Positions 43,410-58,866 of a stretch of DNA of 64,000 nt are shown here, in pieces. Under the pieces are notes generated by a model, which saw only the letters and a program-made list of their open reading frames with translations, was not told the origin of the DNA and searched no databases. Location: positions 102,114,001 to 102,178,000 of the forward strand of contig OZ024743.1 of NCBI GenBank assembly GCA_964016885.1, written 5' to 3'. Each line of letters starts with the position of its first letter. The stretch's first letter is position 1. Position numbers and translations under genes: made by a program. The DNA comes from Eledone cirrhosa. Its lineage: Eukaryota.

Positions 43410-44017
43410 CTAGCTGACGTACCCAGCTTCGCCCGGGTAAACAGATGATAAGAGAAGACAGGTAGAAGAGAAATTTACTGTATTGGATGTTTGTCTAATT
43501 TACAGAAGGAGGCGAGACCGTGGTGTGTGTGTTACAAAAAGATAAACAGTAAAAAAATCTCCCAGATACACCAGATCCTTTATTCTACTAATTCACTGTG
43601 TATCTGAGTAAGTATTTACGTAAAGATGTGTGTGTGTGTAACTTACTAAAGCATAACGTACGTAACGAATGCGAAAACAATCACACACACACACACACGC
43701 GCACACACACACATGCTCACATACACATTCACACTCATATACAAAATGTGACGTCGTCGTCGTCCTGTTATAAAATATCCGTTTACTGTTTTACAGTAGA
43801 TTATTTTAGGTAAAGTGTTATATTGTTTTAATCGAAAAGAAAATAAGAATTTTATGTTGGTACACCCGTGATCCTTGTAACATTTGATTTGATTTGGTCA
43901 ATGCATAAGGAAAAGAGAGAGAGATAGATAGATAAATGCATAAGGAAAAGAGAGATAGATAGATAGATAAAGAGAGAGAGAGAGAAAGAAAGAAAGATAG
44001 AGAGAGAGAGAGAAGGG

Positions 44018-44087
<70 letters not shown>

Positions 44088-44111
44088 CAAATAATTTTAT
44101 ATAGAGAGAGA
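43410..44111 (-). mobile_element. Non-autonomous Helitron
   Basis: Minus-strand 5' TCTCTCTCTATATAAAA; 3' acccgggcgaagctgggt hairpin followed by acgtcagCTAG; inserted between A and T. Confidence 0.75.
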
Positions 44112-44422
44112 TTAAGTCATGTATGTATGTGTATATGTATGTATGTGTATGTATGTATAGAGAGAGGAAATGTTACTAGTAAAGACCATCAGTGAAAGCA
44201 CGTGGCTGAGTGGTTAGGGTAATCGTTACTCAATGCTAAAGTTGTGAGTTCAATTACTGGCGGTGTGTGGTTACCTATATTTTATGTTACTCTACTCAAC
44301 TGAGCTCGCAAAAATGAGTTGTATCTCCTTGACTCATGACAACTAGTTTAAGTGTGCCCGTGTCTGTTGAATGCTTTGTCTCTTGCATAAATGTACGTAT
44401 TTCTGGATTCATGCATTCATAC

Positions 44423-44479
<57 letters not shown>

Positions 44480-44733
44480 TATGAAGAGAGAAGAAACATT
44501 TAGATATAATTAGTAATAAAATGTATCATACCCAAACTGTTCCTAAATTCCTCGACTACGTAGTTTCGTGGCATAAACAAAAACAATATATCAAAGATAT
44601 AGAGTCCTTGCGAGGTCTGCCGACTTATCACAGTTGGGTGCGGATGCATTCATGTATATATGTGTGTGTCCGCATGTATCTGTGTGTTTCTAAATATATA
44701 TATATATATATATATATTAAAATAACAGATTAA

Positions 44734-44784
44734 AGTTTAAGCAAAGAATCCCTGCTTTCACCCTTAACGGGATCTTCTGAAACT
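44734..44784 (-). ncRNA. Hammerhead fold, family A, core CAGAAGA
   Basis: AGUUU-CAGAAGA-UCCC(GUUAA)GGGU-GAA-AGCAGGG(AUU)CUUUGCU-U-AAACU; inverted partner at ~50129-50179. Confidence 0.68.
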
Positions 44785-45952
44785 AAAAATATCAATCTGT
44801 GAACGCAGAAGTAAATATTTCGAAAAACGTTGCAACCGAAGGAAGACAGGAAACATTCCCTGTCAAAGAAGGGAAAAAAATGAAGATAATACGTCATAAT
44901 TTGTAGCGGTGAAAACAATTACACGCAAATACAAAACCACGTTTATGGTATAACTGATGTGAAGACTAAAATTCTATTTAGTAAACCGAATGATACTCGG
45001 CTTCAGAGTTAAGAATAATGTAAATAAATTACAGAGGTAATTGAAATCAACAAAAATTAAATATATACATGCACGCATCTGTATACGTACATACACATGC
45101 ATACGCGAAAACACCCACCATGGGTATGCAAATACAAGCACGTACACAAAAAACCACGCACACACATATATAACTCACGCAACGTCTGTACCCGTACACA
45201 TACGAACGTATACACCAAATACATATAAATACAAATATATAAAAAATATATATATATATGTGTGTGTGTGCGTGTATACATATAATTATATAAACGTATA
45301 TAAATATACACACATAAATACATATATAACGCCCGCATACACATCCCTACATGTAAATACACATATGTTCGCTAAACGTCAACCAAAACACAAAGTACAC
45401 ATATACACACACCCTACATACATACGAACCTGCATACTCACACGGAAGAAAAACTCACGTATACACATAAGCATATGCACATGTACCAGTATATATAATA
45501 TAATATATACGCCTATAACATATACAAGCAAATATACGTGTCTTCACAAAACATACAGGTAATATATACTGACCTATACAAATAAGTAATGGTATAAACA
45601 TAACATATACTTAGCTACCACATCAAGACGTAAAATATCCGCGTATAGTTCGTACTATCCATTAGGGTATACAGTGGAGCTGTAATACAGGAAGGTTTTG
45701 TGCAATTTATGTTTATAAGCCGAAATTGCCTCAGATTTTTTGTTTAAGATGTGATCTTTGGCGTAGAGTATTTCCAGGGCTTCAGCGTCGCAGAGGTCAC
45801 ATGGTCTTTAATTTCCGTTATACGATCTAGCTTTAGCTAGGATCTCCCAGGGTAACTTATATTGGGTGTGGTTGTCTTTTAGACTCCAGATATAAGCTGA
45901 AAGGGACGTCATATTCCTTCTTAAAGGGTTAAGAAAAGAATGGGTATGCATG

Positions 45953-48747
45953 TTTAGCGGGGTGGTAGAATCAGTGGTCGCCACTTTAACAGGGTAGATG
46001 ATTGAAGGTCGTTAGTTGCCAGTGTGGTAAGTGATAGTATCCTCGTTGGATTATCTTGTTGACATAGACGTGAGGGAAGGTCCCTCGATCTATTTACCAT
46101 CTATTTACAATATTCCTTTCGTCAGGTCGCTAATTCCAGCAGCAAGGATTATAGATGTTATTGAGACACGAGTAACATAAAAATGATTTCAACAGCAGTA
46201 ATTAGAGATGAAATGTATGTTTATTTTTGATGAAGCACAAACAATGTTTGTTAACTTATATGGTTGAAGTTACAGATAAAAAGAGGTTACAAAAGGAAAT
46301 GTGCCATTGCGCCGTTAAGCCGGCGAGGCTAGGGGCAATATGTCACCGTTACATTATGCGTGTTGCTGGCTTGAAGTTTCCGGTACAAGAGAGAGATTCT
46401 TCAAATCTTCGCGGGGAATTTCTTCCTCAGGGCGCGTAGGGATACATCCTCTTCTACTGGCGCTGATTGGCTGAACTGAGCCAAATCACGCACAGAGAAT
46501 GTATGTGAGCCCGCGGAATGTAGGTCACTACATCACCTCCGACCAGATTTTCAGCCGAATATCGATAACGAAGAAACCAAGGACCCACAAGGAAGTCGAT
46601 ATAGATTATTGAATCAGCAAGAACAATTGCTGAAAGAGCACACCAGTGAAAAAATAATTGAGCAGAAAGATTCATGCAAGAACAAAAAAATTTAGGCGCG
46701 ATGGGCCGTGTTGAGCCGCTGTCAAATGACTAGCTGTTTTGTAGTTTAAACGAGACCCTCAAGGGCCTACCAGAAAACAGATAAAGTCTGACATGGGCGA
46801 AGTTGCTGTTCTTGGATTAAATGTTAATGGTAAGCGTTGTACCAGTAGCTGTGAACGAAGCTATTATGGTAGTTTACCAGTGCTGGCGAGAAAATGATGG
46901 GTAGGCGAGAAAATGTTGGCCTCCCAGATGTATTGCCGAATGTGCTAGGGAGCCAGGAAAAAAATGGCTGGTTGCTTTGTAAAGAAAAAAAGGCAAGTTT
47001 AATCTGTAGGTGGGTTGCAGTGTAAATTCCATAATTCGGGCGAATCCACAGAAGTGGCCGAAATGCTGACAAGTCCAGTTCAATTTGTTGCTTTCCCAGC
47101 GAGTCGGGCAAAAACAACAAGACGGATGGCCGTCATGGACGATCAGTGTGCAACGAGATGCGAAGCTGTTTGAGTTCAGCTGCAATTAGTATTCTCGTGT
47201 TGCGGTGCCTGTTTGAATCCAGTGGATTAAGCTCTGTGAGCTGCTAGCATGTGACAGCACCTCGACCAGGTGAAAAGGGACTCGCAGAATATTACGTTTG
47301 AAGAACATATACCAAGAACAACATGTTGGTGTGTGATAAAAAAAATGTGTGCATATGCAGGCATGTAAAACAGCAAAGAATGTGAATGAACAAAAACCAT
47401 TAGCAAGCAAATAGCAAAAGAGCACAAAACAAGTAAATGCATTCCACAAAGAAATATGCGAATGTAACAAACTGATAATTCAAAGTCAATCTAAGGGAGC
47501 AGAGAAATTGCTCAATAAGTTCAAAGTTTTTCAAAGTCAAATAGTTCACACATCACCAGTGTACAGACACTAGTTCTATCTGAAAACTGAAAAAGAAGTT
47601 TGTTAATGCCGTTAGGGGTTAGATGTATGGTATTTTTGTGAGTTTTCGTGGCCATCTTGTGTGGCATGAGGTTGTGTTGCTTATTGTTAAAGCAAAGTCA
47701 AAGAATCTTCTGTAGAGTAGCAGTCACTAAATATGGCAGTCACGTCTGACTCCATAATGGTGAGAAAACTACTGTCTCAATTTCTCGAGTCCCTGTGGTA
47801 ACGAGACAGAAGGTATGGTGGTTGCGTCGGTAAAGCTACAAGCCGTTTTGAAATTTCCGATGTGTGGTGGTTTGCGTCGGTAAGGCTATGAAGCTGCCAC
47901 TCACTGTTCCCCGTATTGGTCAGTGGTTAAACAACGCTGTCGCTGCTGCTGTCGTTGTTGTTGTCAAGTGTAGCCATGACATGTCGGCAGCCATCTTGAA
48001 ATTTTTTCGTGGCGAAAAAGTTTTTGAAATACTGCCAATTTTTCAAAAAAATTTTGAAAGGAATATATTGAATTTTCGCAAGTTGCGATAAAGGTTGGCA
48101 ACGTGGCAATAAAAGTTCAACTGAATGAAAAAGAAGGGCTGCGTTAAATTCTTACGTCGGTCACAACTTTAGCGGGGTGGTAGAATCAGTGGTCGCCACT
48201 TTAACAGGGTAGATGATTGAAGGTCGTTAGTTGCCAGTGTGGTAAGTGATAGTATCCTCGTTGGATTATCTTGTTGACATAGACGTGAGGGAAGGTCCCT
48301 CGATCTATTTACCATCTATTTACAATATTCCTTTCGTCAGGTCGCCAATTCCAGCAGCAAGGATTATAGATGTTATTGAGACACGAGTAACATAAAAATG
48401 ATTTCAACAGCAGTAATTAGAGATGAAATGTATGTTTATTTTTGATGAAGCACAAACAATGTTTGTTAACTTATATGGTTGAAGTTACAGATAAAAAGAG
48501 GTTACAAAAGGAAATGTACCATTGCGCCGTTAAGCCGGCGAGGCTAGGGGCAATATGTCACCGTTACATTATGCGTGTTGCTGGCTTGAAGTTTCCGGTA
48601 CAAGAGAGAGATTCTTCAAATCTTCGCGGGGAATTTCTTCCTCAGGGCGCGTAGGGATACATCCTCTTCTACTGGCGCTGATTGGCTGAACTGAGCCAAA
48701 TCACGCACAGAGAATGTATGTGAGCTCGCGGAATGTAGGTCACTACA
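45953..48747 (-). mobile_element. Non-autonomous Gypsy-like LTR retrotransposon, 2795 bp
   Basis: Two 580-bp LTRs (45953-46532, 48168-48747) and a 4-bp TSD CATG. PBS-like gttgtgaccgacgt resembles a tRNA-Trp PBS; a purine-rich ggtcggaggtga precedes the 3' LTR. RT traces are decayed (ASPFHLV-like, AYH, PRTA). Confidence 0.9.
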
Positions 48748-50494
48748 CATGTAAAGACGCTGCTTGAATCTATTGGCGGTTAACCCTATGTAGGCCCTAC
48801 GGGACATGGGTGTTTCAATCTTACATTTGTAGACAATATTACTAGAGAGGCATTTCCCGGATAGGGGGCAGTCAACTCGATTCCTACAAGTCGTAGAGCA
48901 AGAAATATTAATGGTATTTCTAGTAAAAATGTTTACTATATTTATGTGCTGGGGAAAAATACTTCATAAGGGAGAGGAAGATTTTAGCTAATGGTGTGGC
49001 CAGCTCCATATTATATGGTGGGTCATATCATTTAATGCGTCGGGATCTATTTTTCCTAGGTCTATTCACATACTCTGTATATGCTAGCTTATCGACAAAT
49101 CCACTCCGAGCAAGAGCTTCATTGTAATATGTGGAATGGTCGGTGAAAATATGCTCGTTTGTAGATAGACGGGAAAACCTCAAAGAAACGTTTCTTACCA
49201 GGTTCTTGGTTATGCTGGCAGGATGGTTAGAATGCTTACTTATGTAATTAAGCGTATCATTCGGCTTTCTATACGGGTAGTGCAAGCGATTCGACAAATT
49301 GTGGGTAACGTTGAGCTAATTAACTACCGAGAGGTTGGTCTCAACCTGTATGGAGAGGTAGAAGCCTGTAAAGAAGGCTGTGCGTTCTTTTCTGAACCTG
49401 TCGCAAGTGCGTGGGCCGCACCTTGTCAAGGTCAAAAGACCGTCATCACGGTACAAACCACTGCCCCCGTTGGAGAATTCTTCCTTGATAGAGAAAAGAA
49501 GGAAAAGACCAATAAGATCAGTATCCTCCGCAGAATCGCTGGCGCCCATACTCAAGTCGAATAGGGTACTATTAGGTTTTTTAATCCAAATAGAGTCGTA
49601 ATCAAAATCACCGACTTCCGAGCATTGGGGATGACATCAACTTCGAAATCCTTAACCACTGTGAGTGTTTTAGCGAAATTGATACCTTAATAAGAAGTGG
49701 TAAAGTGATGGAGGAGTAGTAAATATTGATTTCGAATTTATTTACATTATTCTTAACTCTGAAACCGAGTATCATTCGGTTTCCTAAATAGAAATTTAGT
49801 CTACGACTTAAGTTATACCATAAACGTGTAATTCTTCTCACCGCACCACATAATGACGTAATATCTTCGTTTCTTTCGTTTATTGCCAGAGAACGTCTCC
49901 ACGAACCACCTAATAGAATATTAGTCTACGACTTCATTTATACCATAAACGTGGTTTTGTCTTTGCGTGTAATTGTTTTCACCACTCCTAATTATGACGT
50001 ATTTCTTCATTTACTTCCCGCTCTTTGCCAGGGAACGTTCCCACGAACCAAAGTATCGTCTTCCTGTCTCCCTTCGGTTGCAACGTTTTTCGAAATATTT
50101 ACTTCTGCGTTCACAGATTGATATTTTTAGCTTCAGAAGATCCCGTTAAGGGTGAAAGCAGCGATTCTTTGCTTAAAATTTAATCTGTTATTTTAATAAA
50201 TATTTGATCTACGGTTCTTATATATTTGATATATATTAATCCTTATCGAGCCCTCTTTCGATTTTAGTCTTCAAATTTATTATTATTACTATATGTTCAT
50301 ATATATAAATAAATATGTTATGTGTGTCTCTCTGAAACTAACGCTCTGCATGTTTTCAACAATGATTTCATATATGTTTCCTTTAATTTTGGTTTTCAAT
50401 TGCCAAACAAAATCTATATGTTATGCCTAACACAAGACGAAAAAGAAACCAAGAAAAAGATGTCCTATTTATGTACGCATGTGTAAAATCATTT

Positions 50495-50618
50495 TGCCAT
50501 TCTGAGTTCAAATCCCGCCGAGGTTAACATTGCCTTTCATCCTTACGGGGTCGATAAAATAAGTACCAGTAATTCACTGTGTAATTGCTGGCCTTGTGCC
50601 CAAAGTAGAAACAATTAT
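50495..50618 (+). mobile_element. 5'-truncated main SINE
   Basis: ttctgagttcaaatcccgccgagg...gtgcccaaagtagaaacaatt. Confidence 0.9.
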
Positions 50619-51014
50619 TTCTTTTACATTTTATAATATATATTACTAAACTGAGAAGTTACATATACATTTCGGCAAGTAATCTTTTCTGAGACCGCGT
50701 GTTGAAACTGAAAGAAGTAACGCGTAGTAAGATTTACGATATTTCTAGAGAAGTATAGCAGGAAAGATTTACAAGCATCATGTGCATGTTTTATGAAGGA
50801 TTCTCATGTATGACAAAATAAAAGAGGATGTAGAGAAGAAATAAATTAATATTTGGCCAGGGCAAATATATTGCCTATTCCCTCGGAATGCAAAAAAAAA
50901 AAAGCATTTTTCACAATCAGTTAATGTATGAGCAGTAGAAAATAATATCTTTCTAGGATAATTGGACAAAGTAATGGGAGGGAAAGTAAACAAATGAAAT
51001 TCATCCGCCACATA

Positions 51015-51079
<65 letters not shown>

Positions 51080-51087
51080 ATGTATGC

Positions 51088-51135
51088 CGCCGACGGCAGA
51101 GCTCAAGCCGCATCGGCGGCTATTTCTGGACTAAG
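51088..51135 (-). mobile_element. PLE family B end fragment abutting a LINE
   Basis: ccgacggcagagctcaagccg...cggctatttctggactaa matches 16147-16192. Confidence 0.7.
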
Positions 51136-51179
51136 TTAGTCCAAATGCAAATCTCCCGGTTTCGATGGTCTACCATACG

Positions 51180-53235
51180 AACTTTATGTAGCGATGCCGG
51201 ACTTGTTCTCCGATCTCCTCGAGGCAGTCTACTGCAACTGGCCCATAACTCAGAGTTAAAGATTTTAACCAAGGTGTTAGCGAAGAGATTGGCGATTGTC
51301 GTCGTGAACCTGGTGGGAGAATCGCAGACATGCGCAATCCCGTCCAGGTCCATACACGACAACTCCACCTCATGCGATACATCGTAGAGAGGGTAGGGAA
51401 CGAACCCGGCTTTCGTGGGTCTCTGATCAACTTGGATCAATCTAAGGCGTTCGATAGGGTCGACCATCGGTACCTGGAATCGGCGGTCGCGGCGGAAGGC
51501 TTCGGACCCGTTTTCAGGGGCTGGATTGCTGCAATGCACAGCAGCAACACATGCTCGAGGGTCAAGATGAACGGCTACCTCTCGGAGCCGTTCCAAATCG
51601 CGCGATCCATCCGACAGGGATGCCCTCTCTCCTCCCATGACGTGACAGTAATGGTATCGTGCGCGTCGGAAATCGAGCAGATCGGCACCTTACTGGAGGA
51701 ATACGAAATGTTTACAGGAGCCAAGCTGAACCGGTTTGCAACTCGGAACGTGGAGAGGGAAACCGATGCCCTCCAATGGCGTCGTCGGACGCTGGACGGA
51801 GGGACCGGTGAAGCTGCTCGGCGTATGGTTCGGACTGGACCTCCAGGTGGAGAAAAATTGGGACGAGGTAACGGACAGGATGTTTGCACTCGCCTAGAAG
51901 TGGGCCGAGTGCAAACTATCCTTGAAAGGTCGAGCGGAGATGACGAACACTTATATAGCGTCCGTCATCTACTACCGCTTGACCGTCGTGCCTTGCCCAG
52001 CGAAAAGGCCCGCCAAAATGGAGCGCGCGCTCTTCCGATTCCTTTGGAAGAAGCGGGCCCATTTGGTGAGAAGATCCATCTGCTGTCAACACCCTTCGAA
52101 CGGAGGGGTGAGGATGCCGTGGCTGACGATGCGTAGACATGCATTAAGGCTACGGCACCTCCAGGTATTTCTCACCGATCAGGCGGTGTTGGCCCCTTTT
52201 GTGAGGCGAGCCTTTCCGAGACTCGTCTCACTCACCAAGCTGCAATCCTAGATCAAGCAAAGACTGAGAAAAGTGGGCGACTGGCACATTCAATATGCCC
52301 AGGCGCTCACGGCTCTCTGGCAAGCGGATCCGGAAATCAGTGGAGACTCAACCTCAACATTATTTAGAGGGTTGGTGCGCATCAAGTGCGACGACGCTCT
52401 CGGAGAGGCTCTGGGCATGGAGGAAGACGAGCTAGCCAGTCTGTTCGGTAGGACGTTTGACCCGGGACCGATGGACAACTTCGAAAAGTCCCTGGCTTGG
52501 GAGTGCTACCGAGGGGCTCTACCCGTTCGGGACAAGCTCTACAGACACGGGCGCCCGGTTAGGGATCCCTCGAAGAAGATCTGTCCTAGATGCATGCGTG
52601 ACTAGGCAACCGTCGCGCACGCATTCGTACAGTGGCCGGGCGTTGCTGACCTGTGGAGCTATGTGGAACGACTACAACGCGGATGGGACCAATCCGGTTG
52701 ACCACCGAGTACATTGTCACGATCAAACCGCCTCCTCCCTTCAAAAACGAAGGAGATGAGGTTTTCATCTGTGTGATAGCTATGGCGAAAGAGGTTGTAA
52801 GATGGACGAGGTTGAAAGGGTTGAGGTCAGACACTTTTCTCTCCGGCCAACAACTGGTTCTTTTTTTCAAGTACCATTTTAGAAGAAGGATCAGAATGGA
52901 GAGAGAGGTGCTCTACTCCAGCAAGTTTTATGAAAGGTTGGTGAAAGTGGCGAGAATGGCCCGAGTGAATGGACCTTCTCTCTATATCAGCCTGTAGGTG
53001 AAAGACGAGAGGAAGGAGGAGAGGAACGGAGCACTCGCTCTTTGTGCTCCTGAGGAGGAGGGTTGCACATTTTTTTCGGGTGTGTGTGCGACCCACGTCA
53101 ACGCCCTCTCCCTATTGAGGACTTCGATTGTTGAATTTGATTTCTTATATGTTTTAACACGTCCCTTGAAATGTATGTAAACTCCCCTATTGTATTTGTT
53201 CCAATCTTTGATGCCCTGGTGGCAAATAAATAGAA
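51180..53235 (+). mobile_element. 5'-truncated L1/Tx1-clade LINE: RT and C-terminal zinc-finger region
   Basis: NSELKILTKVLAKRL, LDQSKAFDRVDH, IRQGCPLS, GGVRMP, ALPVRDKL...CPRC. The 3' end is gccctggtggcaaataaa. The YADD region is deleted. Confidence 0.93.
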
Positions 53236-53248
53236 AGTTATCTATCTA

Positions 53249-53401
<153 letters not shown>

Positions 53402-54382
53402 CTATATCTACACACACACACATACACATATACACACACATATAGCTCTCACAAAGCTTTATATTTATATATGATATTCGTGAAGGTGTATATCCGAACA
53501 CATGCGGTATGTTTATAAATACACATTTAGAAAGCTTTCAGCTATGGATTTGAAAACTGATAGCATAGTGCCATCTAGCGTGTTCTAACAAAAGTTAAGT
53601 ACGGATTTATATACATATAGATATATTAGATCATTCGTGACCCGTTAGGTTATATTCGCTTTAAAATATTTTTTAAAAATCACCTTCACTTAAAAATAAT
53701 TTAAATAATTAAAATATACACAGACATGTATATAATGTACAATGAAATTAGACGGCCCATATATAAGTGTGTGTGTGTGTCTGTGTGTGTACACACGCGC
53801 ACACAGACACATACACGCACACATATATATATATGTGTGTATATATACAAATGTGGGTGCTACTGACCTATATACCCTGGTCGGCGACACACACATACAC
53901 CCCCCACATATATATACACACAAACTTAGAAACCCGTCCTCTTTAGCAGGAAATATTCGCTACACTACATCCTGTCCTAACACAATTATATAATACATAT
54001 GATTTAATATTCAGTAACCAGATTTTAGATAGATACAGTAATGCCGTATTCGATTCTTTGAAGACACCTGTTATAATTTCATTCAACACCACCACCAGGT
54101 CTCTCTCTCTCTCACTCTCTCCCCTCTCCCTCTCTCTCACTCTCTTTCTATGTCTCGCTTTCAATTTACTCTCTCACGACTACTATCACTTTCTCTCTGT
54201 CTCTTTCTACTCAGGAAGGTACCCAGAAAACCCCCGTATCTCGGGAACCCGTGTTCCGATTTACGCGAAACTTGTTTTATTCCATTTGTATTCCCATTTC
54301 AGTGTATTTCCAATTATGCGCCGTTTGTGTGTATTAAATTACATACAAGTATACAACCACAGATATTTAGTAGTATATATAT

Positions 54383-54503
<121 letters not shown>

Positions 54504-54516
54504 CATATATATATAC

Positions 54517-54560
<44 letters not shown>

Positions 54561-54579
54561 TATTTTCCGTTGTGTTGTA

Positions 54580-54869
<290 letters not shown>

Positions 54870-55737
54870 CATGTATGGGACCCACTCTTTAAACTTATCA
54901 GACGATTTCCAAATTTACATAGCCCTCCCCGTGAATCCTTGGAGGTCTGAGGGCTTTCTCCGAATTGCAGGAACCTGGTTCTCCACATTTGCCAATCAAC
55001 CATCTTTCAGAAATGGCAGCACAGGTGGTACATTTTAACCTAATAGAAAGCTTTCATAACCCTTTCAGCGGTTTTCTCTGACATGAAGAACACATTGCTC
55101 TTACAATTGATCTTCCTTTCTATATGAATGTGGGGTTCACCCGGGGTCCCCTGCAGATACAGAAAATTTGTTTCGTTTACCATCTTCTTCAGCATTTCCA
55201 CAGCCATGCCCTTTCCCGTTGTCTTATCAGTTACAGTAATCTTTTTGTTTAGTCTGTATTTTGTAGGGATACTTCTGAAGTTCCTTTTTAAAAACCCGTC
55301 TGAATGTTTCTGTGAAGAGACCTAAGGATTGGCTTCTGCGCAGCGACCATTTAGAGTTATATTCAACAGACTTTCGGACCAAGTCAATACCCCTCAGCGT
55401 ACGCTTTCTTGGTTATCCAAAGTGTGTAAGATGGCATTCAGACATTGCATGGATGGCCTCCCCTGTCCCATAGGTATCAAATGTCTTCACACCGTTTTTT
55501 ATATTACCTTTCAATGGGATTTGTCCGTTCACAAAATCCATGAAATTGCTTTTGGACCTGCTTGTACAAGTCACCTTTATAGTAGTGTTTTACGCAGAAA
55601 CTTGGGTGCTGCCGTTTCCCTTGTTGCCTTCTCAGACGTTTTATCTACTATGTCCTAAAATGTATGGTTAATTGGTTAAAACAATGAATATGCAGTGGCA
55701 CAAAATGTGTCCGGGGCCAGCTTTTTTTGTCACTCTG
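54870..55737 (-). mobile_element. Decayed Tc1/mariner-superfamily transposon
   Basis: TA-CAGAGTG terminus at 55737. Transposase remnants FCVKHYY..YKQVQKQF, KKELQKYPYKIQTKQK and FGNRLISLK. Confidence 0.7.
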
Positions 55738-56228
55738 TATAATATATTACTATTTGCCAACAGGTAAAATAACATAATTTCATTTATATTATGTTCCATT
55801 TAAGTGCTATTAGTAACTATCGTGTTTGCAAGAATTATGAACTACACATGTATAATATATCACTGAACTATCAGATAACTACTTTGTGTTGTCTGAATAT
55901 GATTCAATTAGAACGCCAACCACATGAATAGCCAGCAAAAAGGTTGCAAAGCTGTTAAAGTTTCTTTTTGAACATGAAATCAGTTATCAGTTATCATTAG
56001 CGAAATAGAGGAGAATTGATTACCAATCAATCACAGAGCAAAGAGATAACCACAGGTATTAAGTTTGCAAATAATCGATTTTCCTGTTTTATATGAGTAC
56101 ACGTGTGTGATCTGTGTGCCTTTAAGGAATATTTTCTTAATCTTCATCTAATATTAGCGTCGAATATTCCATTAAAGCCCGATTGCTCTATTGGTAAATT
56201 GTTTTGGATGTGAGAACCATAAGGTAAT

Positions 56229-56410
56229 ATAATTGTTTCTACTATTGGCACAAGACCAGCAAATACCCAGTACGTCACTGGTACTTTATTTTATCGACCC
56301 CGTAAGGATGAAAGGCAAAGTTAACCACGGCGGGATTTGAACTCAGAATGGCAAGGGCCGTAACTCTATGTGTCAAAGCATGGTGTCTGACCCTCTACCG
56401 ATACTGCCAG
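56229..56410 (-). mobile_element. Main tRNA-derived SINE
   Basis: Matches the 5873-6067 copy. Confidence 0.92.
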
Positions 56411-56549
56411 TCTACAACAGAATCTCTGACGTCTGGGAAAATCCTCAGCCGATTTTGAATGACTGCTGTATCAAGGTAACTGGATAGCATCGACCTTCAC
56501 TCATCAGTACCAGGATCTATATTGGAAAAGCCCAATATCGCCATAAACA

Positions 56550-57919
<1,370 letters not shown>

Positions 57920-58007
57920 ATATTCGCCACATTTTCTTATATATTTCCAATGTATTGATATGGCATGAAGTTATCTCTTTGAAATTTCAAACAATATCTA
58001 CAGTTCC

Positions 58008-58065
<58 letters not shown>

Positions 58066-58408
58066 AGGGTGGGGTGTAGGGTGTGGTGTGGGGGTGGGTG
58101 GGACTGTAGCGGGTTAGCCTTTTACCGATTCTGCTTCTTCCCATACATAGAGTACTCTCATGATTTTTATTCTCCCAGCAGGTTTCTGTACCGCAGACTC
58201 ACTCTCTCTCTCTCCCTCTCCATCCCTCTCTCTCTTTCTCCCGCTCTCTCTCTTTCTCTGATTCTCTCTCTCTACATATGTATGTATATATATATATGGC
58301 CGACTGCATACGCACATGTGTTTTTTCTCCCCAATTTGTTTTTCACATATTCCCCGTAACCCTCTTATCACTCCTTACTTTCCTTTTATCTTCTATTTCA
58401 AACTCCAT

Positions 58409-58444
58409 CTTTCTGGTGAAGGACTAGTGTCCGAAACGTTAAGG
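58409..58444 (+). ncRNA. Minimal PLE-type hammerhead with A6G core change
   Basis: CUUU-CUGGUGA-A-GGAC(UAGU)GUCC-GAA-ACGU-U-AAGG. Confidence 0.6.
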
Positions 58445-58546
58445 CTCTCTTCTTGTTAATATATTACCTCCATGTATTGTGCCGTTTGTTTTGTTATTTT
58501 TGTTATTTCTGTTTACATTTTACACACAACACGCACACTCACCCAT

Positions 58547-58667
<121 letters not shown>

Positions 58668-58674
58668 CACACAC

Positions 58675-58708
<34 letters not shown>

Positions 58709-58824
58709 CACGTACTTATAGGAAATGATCAATTTATTCACAGTAAACATTTAATTGCAAAATAAAATAAATAACAATAGTCTTTAATATTAACTATTTA
58801 CAATAAATTGTGTTCTCTTTCTCC

Positions 58825-58866
58825 CTCATCAATAAATAATTTCTCTTTTTTCTTTTGCAGGTGAGT
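58825..58866 (+). promoter_or_regulatory. Candidate recursive splice site (3' splice site immediately followed by a 5' splice site)
   Basis: Branch-like CTCAT at 58825, polypyrimidine tttctctttttttctttt, then gCAG|GTGAGT. No other AG lies in the ~78 nt upstream. Confidence 0.55.

Larger units (their letters stand above)
44715..50290 (-). mobile_element. 5'-truncated Penelope-like retroelement (family A) with inverted terminal repeat, interrupted by an LTR element
   Basis: RT motifs MGASDSAE..LIGLFLL, GLYRDDGL and PYRKPN..YISKHSNHP at 49028-49600. GIY-YIG is split into 48752-48900 (CPLSGKCLSSNIVYKC..YIGLT) and 45690-45948. 44715-45050 is inverted at 49720-50195. Confidence 0.93.

Noticed and set aside
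46227-48654. Duplicated 70-aa ORF MMKHKQCLLT
   Set aside because: It lies antisense within the two LTRs, so the duplication is explained by LTR identity, and it has no recognisable domain.
53568-53582. CTCF-like motif gtgccatctagcg
   Set aside because: A single short match that is also common in transposon remnants, with no supporting evidence.
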